Shown piece by piece: positions 14,419-26,734 of a DNA stretch of 64,000 bases. The DNA lies in NCBI RefSeq assembly GCF_006345805.1, contig NC_043005.1:79360001-79424000 (forward strand), read 5' to 3'. The stretch comes from Octopus sinensis. Lineage: Eukaryota. The notes below the pieces were generated by a model that had not been told where the DNA came from, made no database searches, and saw only the letters and a list, made by a program, of their open reading frames with translations. Position 1 is the first letter of the stretch. Every line of letters starts with the position of its first letter. Made by a program: the position numbers and the translations under genes.

Positions 14419-15725
14419 AAATATTAGAGGCTACTATAATCGATTAATGCCCTCAACATACCCCGCCCTGGCCCCTGCTCCCAAATTGTGTCCATATGAT
14501 CGATTATAACCTTCTCCAGAACCTGTGGCTTTCTACCTAAATTAGAAGCTCTTATGATCAATTTTACCGTCCCCACAAAATGCCAGATAGTGCTCCAGTG
14601 TTAGAAATCGCTAAAACCATTGCTACAATTTCTTAGGAATTTCAACCGTGTTTCGTGATCTGCTACGAAAAACAGCTCCTTTATAGGATCCAGTTAGCTC
14701 AAGACGTCATCAGGAGGAACCACGTCCGGTTTCGGCCTCTACTCGTCTACCGTTCTGACGTGGCGGGGCCCCCGCTTTCGGAGATGTTTTCAGCTCTAGT
14801 GTTGGGTGCATGTCTTCTTTCTCCTTCTTTCTTCGATGCCCTCTTCGATGTAGCGTCAACGAGTGTCAGCGGGCGACTGACTCTCTTGTCAAATTTCCCT
14901 TAAAAATTTTTTTTAGTTCCAGCTGGATATATATATATATATATATATAAAATTTCAGACAACTTTTAACTTCATATTATGTATATTTCAGACGAAGGCT
15001 GGAGATATATCATTAGTATCTCATGCACTTTTCGTCTAAAGAGATAAATTAGACTTACATGAGAATGTGTCGAAACATGTCATATACGTACTTTCGGAGA
15101 TATATCAGTCAGATCAAAGTATTGAGCTACGGTAATAAATAAACTCTTCTTATCACATAGATTTATGAGAAGTCATTGTAAATTCTCACTGTATTTCATA
15201 ATACGTTCAAATGCCTGGGGCCACTTCACAGCAACCGTCATTCTTCTGTAAGTCTACATGTTCAATAAAACGGGACAGGCAAGAATATGGAATGCATAAA
15301 AGAATGAACGATTGAACAGTGTTTGAATTAGTTTTCATACAAAGTGGACTTTCTCTTTCTTACATAGTAAAAGCCAAAACTTGCCTCTGGCTTCAAATCG
15401 CGTTGCGAGGTATATATATATAATGTGCAATGTGCAATATTGATGACGATAGTTATGATAGCCTCAAGTTGTTAAGATATTACTCTCGTCCGCTTGCAAC
15501 ATATTAAAGCCCGTATTTTTAAACAGATGTATATAAAACTTTATCGCTTTTTCATTTCCTTCAAATTGCAAATAATAACAACTAATAACTTATAACAAAG
15601 TGTTGTTTTAATTAAATATTATTGCTGTAGATAAACAACCCGCTCTCTCTCTCTCTCTCTCTCTCTCTCGCTCTACTTCTCTCTTCATGGAGAGAAATAT
15701 ATGTATATTTTTGTAAGCATGCATA

Positions 15726-15848
<123 letters not shown>

Positions 15849-15886
15849 CATAGATATATGCATGTATATATGCATGTATTCAGTAG

Positions 15887-15932
<46 letters not shown>

Positions 15933-15952
15933 CACTCTAGGTGAATGGATTC

Positions 15953-16006
<54 letters not shown>

Positions 16007-16279
16007 ATGCACATGACAATATATGGATATTTCTGTATGTGTGTGCGCGTTCATATGCATGGGTATAGTGTGCTATGTTTTCTCGTCGAAATCTCATTAT
16101 TTAATTTGGTCAACCTCATAAAAAATACTCACAACCACAGCTTATTAAGCCTTCTCGCAAAGCCCTCCAGCAGGTAGCATTTCTTGTTTTTATTCTTTGA
16201 TAATTACTTCATTTATAACTTCGAGTTTCCTTTTGTTTATCCTATGTTTATACACCCTTCTCTACAATACGTTCTACCC

Positions 16280-16546
16280 ACAAGACGTCTTAGTTGGCTT
16301 GGGCATACTCTCCTTCAGCCTCCAGAGGAATTCACTCGTAAGGCAGGTAACCCGGCTCACCTCCCAGGCTGGCGCAAACGAACTGGAGGACAAATGTAGA
16401 CGTGACTTGCGACAGTAAAGATGGACATACAAGTACAATCAGACCCCGCGTCTATGGCCTTTAGTAGTGGAACCGTGCGCTGGTAGAAATTACAGCCTCA
16501 ACTACGCCGACTGAGGGAAAAATGCCTCTATAAGTATAATTAAGTA
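16280..16546 (+). mobile_element. RTE-clade LINE 3' end
   Basis: RRLSWLGHTLLQPPEEFTRKA...PGWRKRTGGQ matches the RTE C-terminal RRLRWLGH...P-GW-RPRGGQ motif. Ends in a short AAGTA-type tail. Confidence 0.75.
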
Positions 16547-17473
16547 CCTGGATTAGGGCACCACAGTAAACAGACCGAAATACCCATGAATTTTCAAGAA
16601 ATTTTGATTGTTCCTGACTTAACTGTCGCGGATAATCTTAATCCAGAAAATTTCAGTCAGTTTTACATTAATTGACGATATTAAGATTATTGAGTTTATT
16701 AAATATACGATTCTGCTTTTTACTAACTCAAACAGAATACCGAAACACAATTTCAGCGTTATTATTCATGATATATATTTAAGCATTAGAATATTGAGCT
16801 TCTGATACATTATCACCTGATAATTTTTCTTTTATTTTTGTGTTTCTAAAAATGATAACAACAATAGCCCTTAAAGCAGTATGAGTCAGGAATGCATACC
16901 GTCATGTTATATTTGAATCGTCTAACTTAATTCGTTCTAACTTATTTAGTATAATTAGGGAGGGAAAATTTCAATCAGCCCCTTTTATTCTAGATAATGA
17001 TGCACTATCAATTGTGGAAGAAATAAACTTGTAGTTATATTCCAGGCCATCAGTATTACACGCTTCACAAACCACACATACATAAATAGGAAAATATATA
17101 AATAGAGAGAGAGAGAGAGAGAGAGAAATGAAGAGAGAAAGAGGAGATAAAGAGGGTGATAAGTAGAGCATAGTTAGGTCACTCACTCTGCATAAGAAGA
17201 TAATATCACGGTCCATCATATTGCATATCCTTTCTGGTGAATGACAGCTACCACAGCCTCGGTTTGACAACTACGTCGAGCAAAATATTGTAGATGGCTA
17301 CGGTATGAAGACCATCATGTATGTAACAAGATTTACACATCCATCCATCCATCCATACATACATACATACATGCATTAATACATACATACATACATGCAT
17401 TAATACATACATACATTCATACATACATGCATACATACATTAATATATACATACATAAATACATACATACATA

Positions 17474-18404
17474 TAGCCTTGGCCAAATGTATTAGGCCAC
17501 CCCAATATTTTGGGGTCCTGCTATTTCAATGTTAATGAAACTCGTGCGCTTGTTGATTATGGTATATTTCACAATATACATTAGTACTAATACCTGGTTG
17601 ACCCTCCTTTAGCATCAATTACCCATTTTATACTGTATTGTACATATGCAACCAATTATGAATAAGACCAACGTCCAAAATTAACTTATGTTTCCTTGAT
17701 TATTTCAGAGTTTTACGCTAAAATACGTTGTAGATATAATTAATAAAGAGTAAAATGCCTAAAACAAGGAAGTTGAGTGAGTGTGAACGAAGTCAAATCG
17801 GAGATCATCTTGAAGCTGAGTTGTCTCAAAGGTAAAATTGTCTTGATGTGCGGTGCAAACGACTTTCAAGCACTTCAGAGGGACAAAATATTTGAAAACA
17901 ATACAAAGAACAGGAAGAAAAAGAGTTACATCACCTCGTGATGACAGATCCATCATCCATCAGTGGCTCAGAAAGAGGAGAAAAAATCGTCGGTGCTATT
18001 TGCGGACTTTAACGAAGCAAGTACTTCACAAATATCAACCAGAACTGTTAGAAGAAGGCTTATAGAGTACAGTCTGAAAGGCTGCAAAGCCTTGGGTTTC
18101 TGAAGCGAATATGGAAAAACGTCTTCAGTGGGTCAAAAACGCACTCAAATTGGACCTATAGAGATCTATTGGTTAAGCTATCAGGAACACAACCATTAAA
18201 AATAAAGAGCATTTATACCAACTAGTTGATTCAATGCCTAACCAATTAAAAGCGATAATTGATGCTAAACGAGATCAACCAGATATTAAAACTAATGTAT
18301 ATTGTGAAATATACCATAACCTACCATGTGCACGAGTTTCATTAACTATGAGATAGCAGAACCCCCAAAACATTGGGGTAGCCTAACACTTTTGGGCAAG
18401 GCTG
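17474..18404 (+). mobile_element. Internally deleted Tc1 element with ~115-bp TIRs and TA TSD
   Basis: Left TAGCCTTGGCCAAATGTATTAGGCCACCCC...CACAATATACATTAGT mirrors the right end. Contains MPKTRKLSECERSQI...TGRKRVTSPRDDR (HTH) and LVDSMPNQLKAIIDAK (C terminus). No DDE core. Confidence 0.92.
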
Positions 18405-18447
<43 letters not shown>

Positions 18448-18689
18448 GTGTGTGTGTGCGTGTGTGTGTTTGTGCGTGTATGTCAGTGTGTGTGTATGAG
18501 CGTGTGTGTGCGCGTGTTTGTGCACGTGTGCGTGTCATATATATAGGTATGTGTATATATATATAATTCTAACATCTCCATCTTTTAACAGTTTGTTGAG
18601 TTCTATGGGATACCTTTCTATAAATTCTCATAACACACCACACACACACACAAACACGCACACACACACACACACAGAGGTTAAGAAGT

Positions 18690-18852
18690 AAAGGACCCTT
18701 TCGGTCATAAATGACCATGTCATTGCATATAGAAAGTTAACTTCCGGGGCACAAGTCCGGGCAAAATCGTTTATGGAAGACCAGCAGTGGCCCATGCCTA
18801 TCTACCTCCCCTCTCCATGCCACCGCAGTTAAACAAGGCAAAGGCAAAGGCT
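18690..18852. mobile_element. Fragment of an additional interspersed repeat
   Basis: GC-richer block GGACCCTTTCGGTCAT...CACAAGTCCGGGCAA...GGAAGACCAGCAG ending AAGGCAAAGGCAAAGG. Single copy here, so family is unassigned. Confidence 0.35.
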
Positions 18853-19057
18853 GATTCTCCTTAGCACATTAAGATGTTCGATGACATTGACCTCTTTGGA
18901 TTTTCAATTGTTGGTTATATTTGTTTCGGACTAAGTCGACTCGGTAGCATTTGGTGTGAGAACTTAATGTCGGAAGAAACACCACTGATCATTTTATCCG
19001 GTGCAGTAACGAGTCTCCTAGCTCGCTGCTTAGACATACCTATCATATTGTAAGATA

Positions 19058-19445
19058 GTGGAGGCGCAATGGCCCAGTAGTTAGGGCAGCGGACTCGCGG
19101 TCATAGGATCGCGGTTTCGATTCCCAGACCGGGCGTCATGAGTATTTATTGAGCGAAAACACCTAAAGCTCCACGAGGCTCCGGCAGAGGATGGTGGTGA
19201 TCCCTGCTGTACTCTTTCACCACAACTTTCTCTCACTCTCACTCTTACTTCCTGTTTCTGTTGTACCTGTATTTCAAAGGGCCGGCCTTGTCACTCTCTG
19301 TGTCACGCTGAATATCCCCGAGAACTACGTTAAGGGTACACGTGTCTGTGGAGTGCTCAGCCACTTACACGTTAATTTCACGAACAGGCTGTTCCGTTGA
19401 TTCGGATCAACCGGAACCCTCGTCGTCGTAACCGACGGAGTGCTT
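19058..19445 (+). mobile_element. SINE family C, full length, with TSD
   Basis: Near-identical to the 13477 copy. Flanked by CTATCATATTGTAAGATA / CTATCCATTGTAAGATA. Confidence 0.95.
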
Positions 19446-20112
19446 CTATCCATTGTAAGATATGATTAAATTATTGTTTCACTAGATATAGTTTCAGCGT
19501 TAGATACACGCAGATACTAGAATCCATCGCATCAACTGTAGGTTATTTAAACTGAACATTATCTCTATCGATATAATCAACAATGCGAAGCGTCGAGCTG
19601 ACGGAATCGTTAGCACACTGGGCAAAATAGTTGGTGGCATTTATTCCGACATTACGTGATCGACATTGCCTTTCACACTTTTGTAGTCGATAAAATATGT
19701 ACCAGCTGAGCACGGGTCAATGTAACCAACTCACCACTCTCCCACAAAATTGCTGGCATTGCGCCAAAATCCAAAACAAATTTGATAAGTATACCCGAAA
19801 GTGCTGATGTTCTGCACACAAAAGGATCTATTAACGGCATTTGCCTTATGGCATCTATCTTACAGAGGGAGAGTAAGAAACCTAAGTTGCATGCAGTTAT
19901 GATCCTCTGAATCATCTAAAGCTTTCGCTTGTGTTTCACATAGTACTTGGTGGGTTTCTTTAGTGTAGCAGTTTTTTCGGTAGGGCTTTCATAGGTTGTA
20001 TCCATTCAATGTACAACAATAGCTGCTTGCTACTCAGTTTGAGAGGCTTCGAATCAGGTGATCAGCGCATCAAATATATATTTTATCATTGCAGTTGTAT
20101 ATTTCAGTTACT

Positions 20113-20400
20113 CAAATTCCGCCGAGGTCGACTTTACCTTTCATCCTCTCGGGGTCGATAAATAAAGTGCCCGTTTCGCACTGAGTCGATGTCCTTGTTT
20201 GTCCCCTCTATGTTTAGCCTCTTGTGGGTAGTAAAGAAATATATTCCAGTTACTTATTTCTTAGTTCTTTATTGCCCACAAAGTGCTAAACATAGAAGGG
20301 ACAAAAAAGGACAGACAAAGGGATTAAGTTGTTTACATCGACCACAGTGCGTAACTGGTACTTAATTTATCGACCTCGAAAGGATGAAAGGCAAAGTCTG
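20113..20400. mobile_element. Two SINE-B fragments tail-to-tail (plus 20113-20240, minus 20258-20400)
   Basis: Both carry the CCTTTCATCCT...GGTCGATAAA core and the type-1 tail, in opposite orientations. Confidence 0.85.
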
Positions 20401-21195
20401 TTGACATAATGTCGCAATTTCAAAATGTTGAGATAAATATTGCTTTATTTGAAATACAACAGAATGAAGTCACACCTCGGACCGCGTTATAGAGATGGAG
20501 CGGGCACCACAGAAGTCACGGTGATCAAGGATGCTGTTATACTGAAGGATTATGAGATAGTGAATAGGAGCACACACAATACAACAGCGTTAATAGCAAC
20601 GATATCGGTTTTACTATTCCGCACCTGTGAATGCAAGTCCACGCTTGTCGATATCGTCCGGAATTGGAGCGTGAAATCTTTTAAAGTGCCAGACACATCA
20701 GGCAATTTACCACCATGTTAAAATCGTTCAGATTTTATAAATAATTGAAAACGAAAAAGGTGTTGGAAAATATAGTTATTAATAAAGTATGCCAGGGATA
20801 TAAATAAGAAAATAATATAAACTTCAGATGACCGCCACAGTGGAGAATAGGTAATGGCCTTGATCTCTTTGGATTTTCCATTGTTGGTTATATTCGTTTC
20901 TTTCGAGCCTGATGTTCGTATATATGTAAGAAATCATAAGCTGTATATGCTGTATGGCTAGGCTAAACAAGTAACGGGCTGACGGGAATATATCAATATA
21001 TGCACGAAGCTCAGGGCTGAAGTGGCGAATCTAATCATTTGCTTCCGTTATTCATTATCGCTTGATATTTCTGCCTTGCTTCAGTTATCACCTGAGCAGT
21101 ATGGCGTGTCTACTATTTAGCTTTTTACGGCAGGGACATACAATCCTCTTTATGTGCTCTATTTCCTATTAACAATAAGTTATATAATAATAATT

Positions 21196-21349
21196 TCTTC
21201 TTCTTCTTCTTCTTCTTCTTCTTCTTCTTCTTCTTCTTCTTCTTCTTCTTTTTTTCTTCTTCTTCTTCTTCTTCTTCTTCTTCTTCTTCTTCTTCTTCTT
21301 CTTCTTCTTCTTCTTCTTCTTCTTCTTTCTTCTTCTTCTTCTTCTTCTT

Positions 21350-21412
<63 letters not shown>

Positions 21413-21482
21413 GTTATTATTATTATTATATTATTATTATTAAATTATTATTATTATTATCATCATTTCATTATTATTACTG

Positions 21483-21526
<44 letters not shown>

Positions 21527-21540
21527 TATTACTATTATTA

Positions 21541-21610
<70 letters not shown>
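21196..21610. repeat. (CTT)n switching to (TTA)n microsatellite
   Basis: Directly visible. Confidence 0.98.
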
Positions 21611-21611
<1 letters not shown>

Positions 21612-21775
21612 GAGGCGCAACGGCCCAGTAGGCAGGGCAGCGGACTCACGGTCGTAGGATCGTGGTTTCGATTCCCAGGACGGGCGTTGTGAGTGTTTAT
21701 TGAGCAAAAGCTCCAGGAGGCTACAGTAGGGGTGGTGAGGAACCCTGCTGTACTTTTCCAGCACAACTTTCTCTC
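21612..21775 (+). mobile_element. SINE family C 5' fragment
   Basis: GAGGCGCAACGGCCCAGTAGG...GTTTCGATTCCCAGG...ACAACTTTCTCTC. Confidence 0.9.
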
Positions 21776-21988
21776 GGTCCGTCGCAAGCGAGCTGCAAGA
21801 TGCAGGAGGAAAGAGTGAGAGTAAGTTGTAGCGAAAGAGCAAGCAGAAGTTCGCCATTATCTTCTGCCGGAGCCGCGTTGAGCTTAATTGATCGCCCATA
21901 AACACACACATCGTCCGGTATGAGATTCGAACCCACGATCCCTCGACCGCGAGTCAGCTGCTATAATCACTAGACAATGTGCCTCCAC
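21776..21988 (-). mobile_element. SINE family E 5' fragment
   Basis: Reverse complement matches the 52026 copy: GTGGAGGCACATTGTCTAGTG...GGTTCGAATCTC...CTGCATCTTGCAGCTC. Confidence 0.9.
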
Positions 21989-22546
21989 ACAGAAAATATA
22001 CACATACATAAGACATATATACCGGATGTTCATATGTAAGTGTTTGGTGCTTCTGTATAATGGGGTGGTTTTTCTCTATGGGAAAGTCTGGTGTCCAAGT
22101 GAATCTGCTCACTGATGCCTGACATGCCGAACTGTTTGTGAGAGAATTAAACAATATAAGCAGGAAAGAATGTTACGTATAAGATAGAAAAGCTTTCTTT
22201 CTAATGAATAGTATTTTATTCGTAATTTGGACATTTTCCCACAAAGTCCATAGAAATTTAAAGCAAACATACCTGAGACTCAGTAAAATTAGGTAAGAAT
22301 TGAAAAAGTTTATAGCAGGGAAGAAAAAGTTTGTAAAGGACAACACTGAATTTAGTGTTTATTGGCAGGTGTAGATTGAAAAGATATATAGACTGAGTAT
22401 TACCGAAACGTACTTACACAAACGCCCACGCACAAGCATACGTACGCATACAAGTAGGTATGTATGTAAGCATGTATGGATTGATGTATGTACGTATGTA
22501 TATATGTATGTATGTATATATATATGTATGTATATATATATGTATG

Positions 22547-22593
<47 letters not shown>

Positions 22594-22660
22594 ATATACA
22601 CATACATATATATATATATATATGTATGTATATTTGGCCAGAAAATAAATTATTGTATTG

Positions 22661-22711
<51 letters not shown>

Positions 22712-22720
<9 letters not shown>

Positions 22721-22970
22721 TAAAAAAAACCCAGCATTTATCAATTTACAATGAGCAATTAAATTACCATCTAGAAAATTACATATAATAGAAACATTAA
22801 AATCAAAATAACAATAATATACCGATGATTAACTAAATTATAATTTTATTATTCTTATATTATTATATATAATTGTATATTATTGTAATTTTAATTTTAA
22901 TAAATTTATTATATGTAATTTTCTAGATGGTGTAATTTAATTGAATTGATAAAAGGCGTTTTTTCTAATT

Positions 22971-22975
<5 letters not shown>
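22712..22975. mobile_element. Foldback element 2 (~105-bp inverted arms) within (TA)n
   Basis: CCATCTAGAAAATTACATATAATA (left) versus TATTATATGTAATTTTCTAGATGG (right). Arms at 22712-22822 and 22875-22975. Confidence 0.88.
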
Positions 22976-23068
<93 letters not shown>

Positions 23069-23232
23069 TATATTTATATCTATATAATATTTTTGTGAAA
23101 TTTGATTTAGCATTTCTAAATTGAATTTTCCCTGCAAGTTAGGATTATATTTCCTCAAATAATTATATATATACACACACACACACCACACACATATATA
23201 TATATATATATATATAACGTTTCCAAATAACC

Positions 23233-23295
23233 AGATAACCGAAGAGATGGTGTTGTGGATTTCCACTTCGGCATCTGAAACTCAGAGTTTTATCT
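23233..23295 (+). ncRNA. Type I hammerhead-ribozyme-like fold (variant, probably inactivated copy)
   Basis: Stem I AGATAA/TTATCT; core CCGAAGA; stem II GATG/CATC; T-GAAA; stem III ACTC/GAGT; site GTT. Two deviations from consensus: U4>C and one extra U before GAAA. Confidence 0.6.
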
Positions 23296-23391
23296 TGACT
23301 ACCGAGTAATGTAACATATTGTATAGATAAATTTCCTCTATTTACATAATATTGAGGTCTCTTTCTTTCTGTATCTTACCGTTATCAATAT

Positions 23392-23426
<35 letters not shown>

Positions 23427-23427
23427 C

Positions 23428-23496
<69 letters not shown>

Positions 23497-23500
<4 letters not shown>

Positions 23501-23625
23501 TTGCAATTTAACCGGACTTTGCCCGGAATTAAGTTAGGATTATTAAGCTAATCAAGTTCTTTATTTCAAACCAAACTAAGTAACATCGACGTCAAATTTG
23601 AGCCAAATTCGTTGAAATTGTTTAT
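23497..23625 (+). mobile_element. Possible non-autonomous Helitron/Helentron-like fragment
   Basis: ACCGGACTTTGCCCGG near the start and AAATTTGAGCCAAATTCGTTGA followed by a microsatellite resemble DINE-1/HINE-type elements. Confidence 0.35.
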
Positions 23626-23646
23626 ATATATGTATGTGTGTGTGAT

Positions 23647-23690
<44 letters not shown>

Positions 23691-24185
23691 CAACACACAC
23701 ATACATACATACACGTACGTATGTACACCTATTGCATACAAGTCTTTTGTACGCATACATGTTCGTGTGTGTGTTGCCCGTATATCAACAAAACACTTTT
23801 TTCCTCGATGGACTGGAGAATCATGAAAACTAGCTTTTCCAAAATGTGATACTAATATAAATACTTTGCTAATAAATTGTTCTTTTCTTATTAGTAAAAT
23901 TTCCCAAATTTTTATGCAATATTTGGTGAGATAAAATATTGGTTAGATTTACAAGAAAAATTTCGGTGGCTATAAACTTTTTGAGAAATTGTACCGCCAT
24001 GCAAAATTCCTCCTACGTACATATCAAATATTGCTTACAAATTGGAGCTTAGATTCACTTCTGTGTATTATGATGTATGTAGACACTTTCACTCATACGT
24101 TTATATATAATATACATATACACACCAATGTATTTATACATGTATATTATACGTATCTATGTCTAGATACATATTCATCCATACA

Positions 24186-24226
<41 letters not shown>

Positions 24227-24498
24227 ACATGAGAGTCTGGACGGAGATCGTAGGAAGAAGATAATAGCTAGATAATTATTGAGAAATAGGGAAAGAAAAT
24301 TGAGAAAAAGAGAAGAGGGAGAGATAATGCTGAAATGTCAAAAAAGAAAAATGGACATGAACAAAATGGCGGATGTCTTTGCCTATTTCGTTTTATTTCT
24401 TTTGACATAGGTTTCGAAACCATGCGTATAGGTTTTATTTTTATATAGGTGTATATTTCTTTCTCTTTTTTCTAATTTCATATTCATTTCTTATTCAG

Positions 24499-24635
24499 AT
24501 TCTTCAATTAGATTTCAGCTTGCAAATATTCAAGAAATTCCATGAAATGTCTTGCTTGCAAGAAGCTTTGATGGCGGCACAGGATTTCATCACAAGTTTA
24601 CTCCGAACGGCGCTGATAGAGCTGTCATATAAAAC
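24499..24635 (+). CDS. Candidate internal coding exon (phase 0 to 2), ILQLDFSLQIFKKFHEMSCLQEALMAAQDFITSLLRTALIELSYK
   Basis: Long pyrimidine tract, CTAAT branch-like motif, TTCTTATTCAG acceptor and AC|GTAAGA donor. The frame is open and the peptide looks helical. Protein not recognised. Confidence 0.55.
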
Positions 24636-25199
24636 GTAAGAGAAAGAGAGAGAGAAGGGGGGAAGAAAAGAGAAAGAAACGAACTACAGAGATAGAAAAA
24701 GCTGAAATCCACATCGCTGTATATGGTTGAAATTTTAGATAATTTTATATTACCTGTTAACAGAAAACTCTATTAAGACTTGCAAACTTTGAAGTCTTAG
24801 ATATTCGTCATAAATATGAAAAAAAAAGGGCTGGGCTTATTTCGATATAAGTTATAACAATAGTGTACAACATGTGTACAGTTAGTAACTTTAGATGTTT
24901 CAAGAGAATGACTTGTAAAAGAGAGCTAAGGATGGAAATGAAGAATAATGAAGATTCGTGGAGATTTTCAATGGAAAATCGCCGAGTGAATAGAAGTAAA
25001 AGTAGACATGGGAGAATGGGATGGAAATAGAAAAGGAATTTTATCAACGTAAAAAGGAAATTACATGATAGGAAAGCTGTTTGAAGAGAATTCGGATTAT
25101 TGTCATATATGAGGGGGGCCTAAGAGAAAAGTTAAAATTGTATATATGAGTATTTTGTGCAATATGAGAAAGAGAAAAATGAAGATATTATCTTTCTCC

Positions 25200-25250
<51 letters not shown>

Positions 25251-25372
25251 CATCTACCTATCTCTCTCCTCTCTAACTCTCCCTCCCTCTCTTTTTATAT
25301 ATATAAATATTTGTACATATGGGTAAATATAAATATAATTCTATATATGTGTATGAGTGTACGTATATATAT

Positions 25373-25417
<45 letters not shown>

Positions 25418-25571
25418 TTAGTGTGTGTGTGTGTCTGTGCACGTAAAAAACGTATTTCTCTGTGATACATCGTTTTTTTTTTATCATTCACTTTATTCCT
25501 TTTTCTGATTTCCATTATAGCAACAATAGGAAAACACAGAATATGATAAGAATGAAAATATCAAAGAATAT

Positions 25572-25632
<61 letters not shown>

Positions 25633-26062
25633 CATATGTACATCAGTTGTTTTTTATATTCTTTTTAGCTTTTCTTCTTATTTTATATATTTTTGTTTCT
25701 CTTACTTGTTTGTTTGTTTTTTTGGGGGTCTGATATGAAGCCTACGACAAATGAAACATGGTAACCTCCAGGAGATGAAATAAAAATGACATCTCATGTC
25801 AATAAAATATCAGAAATAATGAAGTACAATTATATCTGTTTGTGTCATGTGATTTTCTGAGAAGCACCAAAGATAAATGTTTGGTAGACAAATATTATTA
25901 AATTTCAACATAAACATCAACGAGCTAGTGGTCAAACATTTCATAAATGATGGAGTTACTGGGTACTCGAACTAAATTTGACAGTTTGCATAAAAGGAAC
26001 AGTAAATAGAATACCCCATACAACAAATAAGTTTATTTTGATAAATCAAAACATATGGAGAT

Positions 26063-26339
26063 CAGTAATTCCCATAGTGGGAAGTATTGCTCCCTTGGGG
26101 CAGTAGAAAAATCCCAGGGAGCGTTGAGGAAAGGTGGGATGATAATCAGAAGGCCAAAATGGGGAGATATATGTAAAATATATTAATTGTTTAAATAGGT
26201 ATAAGTTTTAATTGTGAAATGCAGTTGTTTTGAATGTGCTGCAGGATGGTCTATATTTTAATAGGGTGGGTGAGGTGTGTTTAGGAATGAGGCCTGAGGG
26301 ACAAGGGGGCGGCAGTCTGAAAAGGTTTGGGAACTACTG
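26063..26339. mobile_element. hAT (Charlie-like) MITE
   Basis: TIRs CAGTAATTCCCA / TGGGAACTACTG. The right 8-bp flank GTCTACAT is close to the NTCTAGAN target preference; the left flank ATGGAGAT is degenerate. Confidence 0.7.
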
Positions 26340-26734
26340 GTCTACATTATGATTGGGAGATAAGAGTTTTCTAAAATTAGCTACCCTCATCTTGCACCGC
26401 GGCCTCAAGACGACTTCGGAATCTGGAATATATGCATTCTTCACTGTGTCCCTCGGAGGATCATCGAACAACTCCTAGATCTTGGTCACTAGCTTGGCCT
26501 TAGTGTCGCAGGCAGAATGTTTGGCATCTCTCTCGACCGTGCCTCATACATGGTAATCCATAGCATTACAATGGAGGGGCAACCGGAAATTGGGGCTAGT
26601 GAAGAAAAAATTATCCGATAACCACTTCTGACACTTCCTGGCGTTATAGCAAAGAACCGAATCCTTCTGCCACACCCAAGTCCTCTCAGTAGCAAACGTC
26701 GACAGTCAGGATTTGACCAATCTCCAGCAGAGAC

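Noticed and set aside
14645-14735. Functional hammerhead from CTGATGA and GAAAC on the minus strand
   Set aside because: With the downstream GAAAC, stem II does not pair (C opposite C). With the upstream GAAAC there is too little sequence for helices I and III.
20440-20721. 93-aa ORF as a gene
   Set aside because: It starts at TTG within SINE flank sequence, with no recognisable motif and no convincing splice pair.
21008-21098. Imperfect hairpin GCTCAGG...CTGAAG / CTTCAG...CCTGAGC as a pre-miRNA
   Set aside because: Only two short paired blocks with large asymmetric bulges.
21154-21911. Poly-S/L/Y/I and poly-N ORFs
   Set aside because: They are (CTT)n/(TTA)n repeats plus SINE sequence.
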